IMG/VR virus record: IMGVR_UViG_3300036778_000071
Location: 1 to 32,337 of that record
Reading direction: 5' to 3' (one strand)
Source of the DNA: a virus
Taxonomy: Duplodnaviria; Caudoviricetes
DNA length: 32,337 bases
Shown in pieces: positions 1-6,651 of this stretch; positions within the stretch are counted from its first letter, which is position 1; each line of letters begins with the position of its first letter. The notes beneath the pieces are model-generated. The model was not told the origin of the DNA. It saw nothing but the letters and a program-made list of their open reading frames with translations, and made no database searches. The translations under genes and the position numbers were made by a program.

Positions 1-113
1 GAGCCATCGGCGCCGAGGTAACCCACGACTTCGGCCGCACTGATAACCGCCCCGCCCGCTGTGTACTCGACCCCTTCATGTGTAACCGTGCAATCCGTCT
101 CGATGTAGTCCAT
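1..113 (-). CDS. Hypothetical early protein, partial (runs off the left edge): MDYIETDCTVTHEGVEYTAGGAVISAAEVVGYLGADG...
   Basis: ATG at 113 on the minus strand, open to position 1. It lies 17 nt downstream of the same leader hairpin that precedes the neighbouring genes. Not in the ORF track because it is truncated. Confidence 0.7.
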   Translation of the reverse strand, partial: MDYIETDCTVTHEGVEYTAGGAVISAAEVVGYLGADG

Positions 114-130
114 TACACTTGACCTATACT

Positions 131-155
131 TGACGGGGGCCAATCCCCCGCGCCA
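131..155 (-). promoter_or_regulatory. Conserved leader hairpin, copy 1 (GGGGG-AUUGG-CCCCC)
   Basis: Minus strand TGGCGCGGGGGATTGGCCCCCGTCA. Same loop and position as the copies at 767, 1533 and 2542. Confidence 0.7.
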
Positions 156-164
156 TGGCCGCCT

Positions 165-238
165 CTAGCGTCCAGAAGGGGGGGCGGCACTCGCAAGGAT
201 TCCTTGCGCCCGCCCCCTAGTCCGGACCCTACCGCTAG
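165..238 (-). other. Long imperfect intercistronic stem-loop without a U-tract
   Basis: Nested inverted repeats CTAGCG/CGCTAG, TCCAGA/TCCGGA, GGGGGCGG/CCGCCCCC and CGCAAGG/CCTTGCG. Confidence 0.6.
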
Positions 239-747
239 GCCGATTGCAGCAACCGCTTCGGGAATGGGGCATGTTTGCACATGCGGGCCGTGTTATCGGG
301 GCAGAATGACACTTCCCAAAGGAAGGTTGCGGCATGCCGCCCGCCCCGGTGGACTAGCAGATTGACGATATCGCCATGCAAGCCCGCCCGCGCCGCTGTG
401 TCCGAAGTATAGGCGTCCGGCCAGAAGCGGAATTCGATCTCATCGCCCGCCCGCAACGTGGCTAGGACGCTCGACCCGTCGCAATGCTGCGACGCGTAGA
501 GATTGACATGACTCCAGCACTCGACGCCCCCGTGGTCCACTTCATGGTCATACTGGACCGATACCTTGCAGGGGATGGAATGCCGCCCCTCCTGCGGGTA
601 CGGATTGGAGGCGGACGGGGCAGGCGCCCGCTTGAACGCTTCAACGCGGGGCTTGCGCAAATCGCCGGGGCGATTGAAAGCAACGATCAGACCATCCGCC
701 TTGCGCAGCGCGGCAATGTCGATCTTGGTCAGAGTGTACGCGTCCAT
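235..747 (-). CDS. Hypothetical early protein (170 aa, MDAYTLTKID...)
   Basis: ORF 235..852 with the start moved to ATG 747, because a GGGAG RBS, the leader hairpin and the promoter lie at 750-844. Confidence 0.7.
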   Translation of the reverse strand: MDAYTLTKIDIAALRKADGLIVAFNRPGDLRKPRVEAFKRAPAPSASNPYPQEGRHSIPCKVSVQYDHEVDHGGVECWSHVNLYASQHCDGSSVLATLRAGDEIEFRFWPDAYTSDTAARAGLHGDIVNLLVHRGGRHAATFLWEVSFCPDNTARMCKHAPFPKRLLQSA

Positions 748-766
748 AGGGGTTACTCCCACAAAA

Positions 767-790
767 GAGGCAGGGACAATCCCGCGCCTC
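767..790 (-). promoter_or_regulatory. Conserved leader hairpin, copy 2 (GGG-AUUGU-CCC)
   Basis: Minus strand GAGGCGCGGGATTGTCCCTGCCTC followed by TTTT. It starts 6 nt after the -10 region. Confidence 0.7.
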
Positions 791-796
791 GCAACA

Positions 797-844
797 ATTA
801 TTACTCGCGATAACCGCACCGTGTCAATAGGTATTATCGGTGCA
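797..844 (-). promoter_or_regulatory. Sigma70-type early promoter, copy 1
   Basis: TGCACCG-N10-TTGACA(827-822)-N18-TAATAAT(803-797). Spacing is identical to the copy at 2570-2617. Confidence 0.75.
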
Positions 845-850
845 TTCGGC

Positions 851-878
851 ATAAAAGAGGGGCGGACAACCCGCCCCC
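851..878 (-). terminator. Intrinsic terminator after the 886..1512 gene
   Basis: GGGGCGG-GTTGT-CCGCCCC followed by TCTTTTAT on the minus strand. Confidence 0.7.
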
Positions 879-885
879 CGCCCGA

Positions 886-1512
886 TCAGATGGCGTTATA
901 TTCGCGCGTCGCTTCCCGGACCCGACGCGCCAGCTCGCCCATATCGCCCGCGCACCATTTGTTGCCGTACGCCTCGACATCGCCCGCCACGTCGATAATC
1001 GAGTCGAGTAGTGCGCCAATCCGCTCCGCAATCCGCGACGCGTGCGGGGCCGCGACCCCATGCAAACGAGTGTGCGCCTCGACTAGCAGGGGCAGCGCTG
1101 CGACCGAGCAACGCGTGGCTGGCGTGTCCGCCCATACGGGGGCAGGGGCCGCCGCTGGGGTCCACGAGACGCAGATACGCGCCTCGCTACCGTTGCGCTT
1201 GCAATCGGCACAGTAGCCCGCAGAGAAGCCCCCCGCCGTTGTGCCGATCCATGCCGCGGGCTTGCCGCACTCATGCCCGTACGTGCCAGGTTCCGCATTG
1301 TGGCACTTCCCATCGGTGGCATAGGAATTCGCCCCGACCAGCGCGCCCCGTTGCTTGGGGCATTTCTTGCGCCCCTCGGCCACCCAAGCCCGCGCGACCT
1401 CGCGGCAATCGTACGCCCGCCCGCCATCAGTCGCGAGGCGCGACGCGCGCAACCATGCCATTGACATGGAGGCAAACCATTTACGATCCGGGGCAGTATT
1501 GTAAATCGACAT
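886..1512 (-). CDS. Hypothetical early protein with a Cys-rich, probably Zn-binding segment
   Basis: ORF 886..1545 with the start moved to ATG 1512 (MSIYNT), downstream of the leader hairpin. Contains C..HEC...CADC. Confidence 0.65.
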   Translation of the reverse strand: MSIYNTAPDRKWFASMSMAWLRASRLATDGGRAYDCREVARAWVAEGRKKCPKQRGALVGANSYATDGKCHNAEPGTYGHECGKPAAWIGTTAGGFSAGYCADCKRNGSEARICVSWTPAAAPAPVWADTPATRCSVAALPLLVEAHTRLHGVAAPHASRIAERIGALLDSIIDVAGDVEAYGNKWCAGDMGELARRVREATREYNAI

Positions 1513-1532
1513 AAGGGAACCCTTCCCAAATT

Positions 1533-1556
1533 CAGCGGGGGCCAATCCCCACGCTG
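1533..1556 (-). promoter_or_regulatory. Conserved leader hairpin, copy 3 (GGGG-AUUGG-CCCC)
   Basis: Minus strand CAGCGTGGGGATTGGCCCCCGCTG. Confidence 0.7.
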
Positions 1557-1565
1557 TAACCGCAT

Positions 1566-1616
1566 GCTGCGATTAACTCAGGGGGCAGATTGCCCGCCCC
1601 CTAGCTTAATCCCAAC
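1566..1616 (-). other. Long imperfect intercistronic stem-loop after the ardC stop
   Basis: GATTAA/TTAATC and AGGGGGC/GCCCCCT arms. Shares CTAGGGGGCGGGC with the 165-238 stem. Confidence 0.6.
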
Positions 1617-1618
1617 CC

Positions 1619-2518
1619 TTACGCCGCAAGCGCCTCCGGTTCTTCATCCTCGGCCGCGCCAGGCTGTAACGAGTGCAGATAACCGCACGCCTTTTCCGCG
1701 TAGCTTGCCGCGCGGAAGATGTTTCGGCTGTCACCTTTCAGCGCTTTGAGCCATGACGCGATATAGCTTGCATGATCTTCCCGGACCTCGGCCGAAATGC
1801 CCAAATCCGCCGAGGCATACGCCGCGCCCAATTCGGCCACCAATTCCTCAAAAGCGTAAGCGGGATCGCCAAAAATCTTGCCTTTCGTGCGGTCAAGCCG
1901 CTTCGTTGCCCCTGTCCAGTGGACTAGCTCGTGAATCGCCGTGCCATAGTAGCCCGCGGCCGTCCTGAAAGTTTCAAACGGGGGCATATAGATCGCGTCA
2001 ACCGGTTCATGCCGATAGAAAGCCCGCCCGCCCCCGTGGGTTATCTTTGCCCCCGTGTTAGCAATCCATGCCTCGGCCGAGGCGATCCGCGCGGACGGGT
2101 CCAGCGTAACGATTGCCGCGCCCTTGCCGTAGTATTGCGCTGGCAACCCGTCGATTTCATCGACATTAAAAACGCAATAGCTTTTCAGAAACGGGATTGT
2201 CGCCTCGGCCGTTTCGCCGTCCCGTTCGACTTCGCGCTTTACCGCACCAACATAAAACGCCAGTTCCGACTTTGCGCCCTTCCGGACCTGCCCGCCCAAT
2301 TCGGCCGCTTTCTTGTATGTCATCCAATGACGGCCGCTCAAACCGCGCGCCATCGCCGCGGCCCAAAGGTTGAGGACATTTGCCCCGCGGTATGGCGTGC
2401 CATCGTGCCGCAGGGGGCGCCCGCCACCCGTGGCTTGCCAATCTTGCGCCCACGGCCGAACCCCGCTTTCCAGCATGGCGACAATGCGGTCAGTTACGGC
2501 TTGATACTGCTTAGACAT
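1619..2518 (-). CDS. ardC: ArdC-family ssDNA-binding antirestriction protein (DUF1738 N-terminal domain plus zincin-like domain)
   Basis: N-terminal motifs VTDRIVAMLESGVRPW, PYRGAN, WMTYKKA..LGGQVRKGAK and VFNVDEIDGL. C-terminal motifs HELVHWTG, YAFEELVAELGAA and HASYIASWLKALK. Confidence 0.93.
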   Translation of the reverse strand: MSKQYQAVTDRIVAMLESGVRPWAQDWQATGGGRPLRHDGTPYRGANVLNLWAAAMARGLSGRHWMTYKKAAELGGQVRKGAKSELAFYVGAVKREVERDGETAEATIPFLKSYCVFNVDEIDGLPAQYYGKGAAIVTLDPSARIASAEAWIANTGAKITHGGGRAFYRHEPVDAIYMPPFETFRTAAGYYGTAIHELVHWTGATKRLDRTKGKIFGDPAYAFEELVAELGAAYASADLGISAEVREDHASYIASWLKALKGDSRNIFRAASYAEKACGYLHSLQPGAAEDEEPEALAA

Positions 2519-2541
2519 TCAGGGGACCTTTCCCGCGAAAT

Positions 2542-2563
2542 CCGAGGGGCCAACCCCGCTCGG
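2542..2563 (-). promoter_or_regulatory. Conserved leader hairpin, copy 4 (GGGG-UUGG-CCCC)
   Basis: Minus strand CCGAGCGGGGTTGGCCCCTCGG. It starts 6 nt after the -10 region. Confidence 0.7.
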
Positions 2564-2569
2564 TGCCGA

Positions 2570-2617
2570 ATTAATATTCTGATATAGCTTTCCCTGTCAA
2601 TACATATTTTCGGTGCA
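2570..2617 (-). promoter_or_regulatory. Sigma70-type early promoter, copy 2 (ardC promoter)
   Basis: TGCACCG-N10-TTGACA(2600-2595)-N18-TATTAAT(2576-2570). Confidence 0.75.
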
Positions 2618-2623
2618 AAATGC

Positions 2624-3166
2624 ATGGCACGAAATCGACCTGCCCCCGCGCGTTTCGACAGGCTGTTACCGATGGAACTGACTCCGATCCTGACATGTCC
2701 AGGTCTGCAAATGGCGAATCCCGCCGTCTATCGCGCGGCTTTGGCGCTTGCTGTCGCCTATTGGGCATCGGGTTGCCAGCCGTTACCCGATGATACCGGT
2801 ACGCTGGCCACAATCGCGCGTCTGCACTCTCAGCATCTTGCCCCGATCCGCGCGCAACTCGACTCGGTAATTGCGGAGCTAATGCCGGCGCTTCATCGGG
2901 AATATGTGCGAGCCATGGATAAACGCGTCCGCCAACGCAAAAACGCGATGAACGCCCTTGCGCATGCCAACGCGAAAAACCCCAAGAAACAAGGCCACGG
3001 TGCAATCAATTTGCCCCCCGCGCGTTTCCAGCCGGTCAAGCATGCCGCACCGCACCGCAACCCATCGGTGGACATGACAGCACGCCAAGCCGTGACAGCA
3101 CGCGAACAAGCCGCGACAGGATCGGGCAAGCTAACAGACACGCCAACCCGACTCGGCCGCTCCTGA
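2624..3166 (+). CDS. DUF1376/YdaU-like phage protein (putative replication-associated DNA-binding protein)
   Basis: The segment YRAALALAVAYW...PLPDDTGTLATIARL resembles the DUF1376 core, followed by a basic helix. Divergent from ardC. Confidence 0.55.
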   Translation: MARNRPAPARFDRLLPMELTPILTCPGLQMANPAVYRAALALAVAYWASGCQPLPDDTGTLATIARLHSQHLAPIRAQLDSVIAELMPALHREYVRAMDKRVRQRKNAMNALAHANAKNPKKQGHGAINLPPARFQPVKHAAPHRNPSVDMTARQAVTAREQAATGSGKLTDTPTRLGRS

Positions 3167-3267
3167 ATGCCCCGACGCGACGCGCAACCCTAGTGCACAT
3201 GCATTCGGGCGATTGGGGCAAGGCAATCGTCGGGGGGGCAAATCATTTGCGGGGGGCGGATCGATCG

Positions 3268-3310
3268 GACCTGCGCTTAGACCTGCGCTAGACCTGCGCT
3301 GACATGCGCA
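3268..3310. repeat. Tandem repeat GACCTGCGCT x3 plus a degenerate fourth copy
   Basis: Copies at 3268, 3280, 3291 and GACATGCGCA at 3301, separated by 2, 1 and 0 nt. Confidence 0.85.
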
Positions 3311-3605
3311 ACCCCTCGCTATGGCGCGACGCGGTGCGCCAGCGGACCCGCGCGCAACCCCTCGGATTAGCAGTGATAAGGGCGGTTATCAGCGGTAACG
3401 GGGGCAGGGTGCCCCCATGGGGGGGCGTGCCCCCCTCCCGCCCGCCCGACCTGGTGCTGCGCGATCGGCGCCGCCGCCACCGTTTGGGTCGCTGGTCGGC
3501 GGCGGACGCGGCCCCTTCACAGATGTCCCCCAGGGAATTTCGGGGGGTGCTGTTCGTTACGCCGGGCGGGCTGTCAACGCAGTCCTGTTAAGTCCTTAGC
3601 CGAAT

Positions 3606-3638
3606 TCTGCCAATCTGCCGTAACTCTGCCATTCTGCC
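3606..3638. repeat. TCTGCC x4 short direct repeats
   Basis: Copies at 3606, 3614, 3625 and 3633. Confidence 0.75.
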
Positions 3639-4071
3639 GCGGCGCCTGGTGTCGGCGGCGCGTGGGCAACCAAACCCGAATTTCGGGGTGATTTGTCAAC
3701 CGGGCGACCGGAAGCGCGGCGAGGGCGCGGCTGTTTTTTCCGAGTGCGGTCGCAATGGGAAAGGCTTGTGGGGTGTCAACGTGATCGCTGCGCTGCGCTG
3801 AGCCCGCGATACGGGCGCCTTTGGCGTCATTTGTACAGACCCCCCCAAACCCCCCACTGTTCCTTGTTTGGAACGGGCGGCGCGGCCGTGATGTTGTGTC
3901 ACGGGCGCGGCAACGCGGTGTGTTGTCTTACTGGCGGTCAGCCGGGCGTTGCGGCGGCTTGCGGGCCTGCAAGGGGCGGAAATGTGCCAATACCCCTCGG
4001 TAGCCACTGACCGTTGTGCGTCCGTGCCTTATTGGGGCTGCTACAGCCGTTGTGGCTGCACTTGGGCGCAC

Positions 4072-4311
4072 TCAGACTTTGCTTGGGTCGTAAGGTCGAA
4101 ACATGTGTCGGCGGACGGCCGCGGATTGGGGTTCGCGGCGTTTTTTTTGGCTCCTGAGCTGAGGCGTGGGGGGCTCGATGGGGCCGAGTGTGGCCGGATC
4201 GATGTCGTGGGCGGGGCCTGCGGGGCCAAAATGGCCGCCGGCGAAGCCGCGTTCATAGATGAGCGTGTTGGCGCGTTTGGGGCCAGATTGGTAATCAGCC
4301 CGCCTGGTCAT
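4072..4311 (-). CDS. Hypothetical protein (79 aa)
   Basis: ATGA overlap with the stop of 4308..5240. Confidence 0.45.
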   Translation of the reverse strand: MTRRADYQSGPKRANTLIYERGFAGGHFGPAGPAHDIDPATLGPIEPPTPQLRSQKKRREPQSAAVRRHMFRPYDPSKV

Positions 4312-5240
4312 GCGCGCCCTCGTGTTGGCTGGGTTATGCGGAACGGAAATCCCGCCATCTCGAAGGCGACAATGCCGCGCAGATGTTTGGCAATATCGAC
4401 ATCAACGCCGGCCGCCAGGCGGCGCTGGTGGGAGCGCACCCAATGGAGAATGGGACGCTTGCGCCCGGCTTCCGTGAGGGGCGTGCTGCGGGCGTAGAAC
4501 AGGGACTTGACCAAGGTTGCATTGACACCGAGACGCAAGGGCGTGCGGATTTTGGCACTGCCGACAACATCTTCCTCCGTTTCGACACACCAGAGATTGC
4601 GGAAATCAGCCACCACGGAGAGGGCGGCGGCCGTATCGAGCGCGATCTGAGCGTAATAGTGGATGCTCGGGGGTGGCTTGCCCCGGCGCAGGGGCAGGAT
4701 GCGGTCCCCAATCACGCTGACGGGGTAGTTAATCATGGACATGAAGCCACGTTCCCGCTTGTCGCCGGGTGTTGCGGAGGGGTCAAACCACGACGTCATG
4801 TAGTAGGCGCTGGACCCTGGCAAGGCGCCCCATCCACGGGGCAACTTTTCCAGGCGGCGGGCGGCAAAGAACGAGAGTTTGCCCTTGTCAAAGCGCGGAA
4901 TGGCGGCAAAGTCGGCCAGTCCATCATTGCGTCGGTCGATTTGACCGGCCAGCACCATCCGTTCGACGCAGGGCAACCAGAGGCCCTGCATGTAGAGGGC
5001 GGCAATTTCCTGAATGCCGCCTTCTATGGGCAGGTGTTGCCTGAGATTGCCGGCCCAGCCGTGTTCCGGAATGAGGGACAGATAGATTTGCAGCAGTTTT
5101 TCCGTCAGTTCTTCGCTCTCAAACAGGGGGACGCCGGCGGATCGCCAGCCATCATACGATTCGAAAGCGTCGGTAAAGGAGTGGGGGATGCCGCTGAACA
5201 GCGGGTCATGCCAGGCGCCAAAGAGTGAATCCTGATTCAC
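4308..5240 (-). CDS. Hypothetical phage protein (310 aa) with a C-terminal HWVRSH.R motif
   Basis: Long ORF in a chain of translationally coupled genes. RKRPILHWVRSHQRR resembles a His/Arg motif common in uncharacterised phage proteins. Confidence 0.75.
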   Translation of the reverse strand: MNQDSLFGAWHDPLFSGIPHSFTDAFESYDGWRSAGVPLFESEELTEKLLQIYLSLIPEHGWAGNLRQHLPIEGGIQEIAALYMQGLWLPCVERMVLAGQIDRRNDGLADFAAIPRFDKGKLSFFAARRLEKLPRGWGALPGSSAYYMTSWFDPSATPGDKRERGFMSMINYPVSVIGDRILPLRRGKPPPSIHYYAQIALDTAAALSVVADFRNLWCVETEEDVVGSAKIRTPLRLGVNATLVKSLFYARSTPLTEAGRKRPILHWVRSHQRRLAAGVDVDIAKHLRGIVAFEMAGFPFRITQPTRGRA

Positions 5241-5268
5241 AGGGGGGGTGAATCCTGATTCACAGGGG
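5225..5268. repeat. Direct duplication of a 21-bp unit containing the palindrome GTGAATC-CT-GATTCAC
   Basis: GTGAATCCTGATTCACAGGGG at 5225-5245 and 5248-5268. Confidence 0.9.
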
Positions 5269-5452
5269 TCGGATGTTCGGCCTCTTTTTGAGCGTTGCTG
5301 ATGGCTTGGAGCAAGTCGTCCAAGCGTCGGCAGCCTTCGGCGGCCTTTTCGAACTGGCCGTTTTGGATACGGTCGTGAATCTGCACCAGGGCCGCAGCCA
5401 TCGCGACGAGCGATCTGCGGGCGAAGTCTTTCGCGTCATCATCGGCGCTCAT
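5237..5452 (-). CDS. Small helical hypothetical protein (71 aa), probable paralog of 5449..5658
   Basis: 4-nt overlaps at both ends. Shares I..G.FEKA with its neighbour. Confidence 0.7.
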   Translation of the reverse strand: MSADDDAKDFARRSLVAMAAALVQIHDRIQNGQFEKAAEGCRRLDDLLQAISNAQKEAEHPTPVNQDSPPL

Positions 5453-5658
5453 GGGCGGGGCCGATTGTTGTTGCTGGCTTTCCCGGCTTGGGCTTTTTCG
5501 ATGGCGAGCAGGCGGTGCAGGGCGGCGGCCAGGGCGTCAGCGCATCCGCTGGCCTTTTCGAATTCGCCGTCTGCGATATGGAGGGCGATGGCGCTGTGAA
5601 CGACGAACAGCGAGGCTGCGAACTGGCCGGCGACATCTTGCTGTGACGGCGCGTTCAA
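5449..5658 (-). CDS. Small helical hypothetical protein (69 aa)
   Basis: GGAGG RBS before a TTG start; ATGA overlap downstream. Confidence 0.7.
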   Translation of the reverse strand: MNAPSQQDVAGQFAASLFVVHSAIALHIADGEFEKASGCADALAAALHRLLAIEKAQAGKASNNNRPRP

Positions 5659-5672
5659 TGTGGCCTCCCCCG

Positions 5673-5774
5673 TCAGCCGACGACAAGGCGGTATAGCAGC
5701 AAGCCGAGGGCGATGCCCGATCCGGCGATAATCAAAGCGATGGCGGTTATCATCAAGGCGGCGTCGTCGCGCAT
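5673..5774 (-). CDS. 33-aa single-pass membrane peptide MRDDAALMITAIALIIAGSGIALGLLLYRLVVG
   Basis: Below the ORF-track cutoff. ATG at 5774, TGA at 5675-5673, purine-rich GGGGAAG upstream. First gene of the leftward operon. Confidence 0.55.
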   Translation of the reverse strand: MRDDAALMITAIALIIAGSGIALGLLLYRLVVG

Positions 5775-5842
5775 GTTCGCTTCCCCAACGGCTTCACCGT
5801 CTCACTCTGGATGGTCATTTGGCAAGGACAGATTGAAAATTG

Positions 5843-5848
5843 TATAAT
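5843..5848 (+). promoter_or_regulatory. Perfect -10 box TATAAT, probably a leaderless promoter
   Basis: TTGGCA(5819)-N18-TATAAT, 6 nt before ATG 5855; no Shine-Dalgarno. Confidence 0.55.
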
Positions 5849-5854
5849 CGTTGC

Positions 5855-6118
5855 ATGAGTGACGAACGCCCCCCCATTGAATTGCCAACTGAATTGCAGG
5901 ATCGGGAGCAATTTCTGCAACTAATTGTCGAAATTTGTCGCGCCGGTTGGGAATATACCGAGGGTACAGCTTACGAAGCGGCAATCCGGCACGGATTTGG
6001 CATGGCGGATAATCCCTTCAGGTCTGAAACGAGATTAGTTTCTCTGGCGCTGGCGTGGGATATGGGAATTGCGCGTGCGGCAAAAGACGCAGAGAGTGGG
6101 CGCACCGAAAAAACCTGA
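5855..6118 (+). CDS. Small hypothetical protein, possibly RMF/CrpP-fold-like
   Basis: Start moved to ATG 5855. Pattern AYEAAIRHG....NPF.......AWDMG. Confidence 0.6.
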   Translation: MSDERPPIELPTELQDREQFLQLIVEICRAGWEYTEGTAYEAAIRHGFGMADNPFRSETRLVSLALAWDMGIARAAKDAESGRTEKT

Positions 6119-6133
6119 TAATAATTTCGGTGC
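6102..6133. promoter_or_regulatory. Inverted repeat GCACCGAAA-N14-TTTCGGTGC (putative operator)
   Basis: The same CGGTGC half-site recurs at 838, 2611, 9592 and 18570. Confidence 0.5.
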
Positions 6134-6151
6134 AAACGGGGTGAAAACGCA

Positions 6152-6424
6152 ATGAATGAGGAAGAAATCCTCCGAGTTGGCGACGCGCCTTCGGCCGAAC
6201 ATCGGGTCACCGAGTTGCATGGCTGGATTTGCATTCACAGGAACGGCGGCGAGGGCCTGATGGCAACCGGCGTCGTGATGGAAGGGCACGGCATCATCTC
6301 GATGGAGCCGTTGCTGCGCACCAATCTTGGACTTGCCGAACAGCTTGGCGAACAGGCGCGCGCGATGGCGAAACTCTGCGGCGGACAGGCGGTCATGCGG
6401 ACCTTCAAGGTGGTCATGCATTGA
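6152..6424 (+). CDS. Hypothetical protein (90 aa)
   Basis: ORF in the rightward chain; TGATG overlap with the next gene. Confidence 0.7.
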   Translation: MNEEEILRVGDAPSAEHRVTELHGWICIHRNGGEGLMATGVVMEGHGIISMEPLLRTNLGLAEQLGEQARAMAKLCGGQAVMRTFKVVMH

Positions 6425-6651
6425 TGCGGATGACCCTGGAGCCCACGGAACAGTTCTTCATGCTGGGCGATGTGATGGTGCGCGCCTGGCAGGGGCAAGA
6501 CGATCGCGGCGGGGCGCTGATTGCCCTGGTTGCGGCCATCGCGGTCGAACAGGATTCGATACCGGGTTTGACGTCGATCCCGCCGCCGGGTCCGGTGGAA
6601 GCCGAACAATGGGCGCGCACAATCCTGGACAAAGCGCGGGCAGAAAAATGA
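6424..6651 (+). CDS. Hypothetical protein (75 aa, MRMTLEPTEQ...)
   Basis: Internal ATG of ORF 6229..6651 overlapping the previous stop. Confidence 0.7.
   Translation: MRMTLEPTEQFFMLGDVMVRAWQGQDDRGGALIALVAAIAVEQDSIPGLTSIPPPGPVEAEQWARTILDKARAEK

Noticed and set aside
3268-3310. GACCTGCGCT repeats as a CRISPR array
   Set aside because: The units are 10 bp with 0-2 nt between them, so there are no spacers.
3304-4010. ORFs of 60-105 aa in the repeat-rich region
   Set aside because: They lack an RBS, have the Arg/Pro/Gly-rich composition typical of GC-rich shadow frames, and run through DNA repeats.
4383-5228. 281-aa plus-strand ORF
   Set aside because: Antisense shadow of the coupled 310-aa minus-strand gene.
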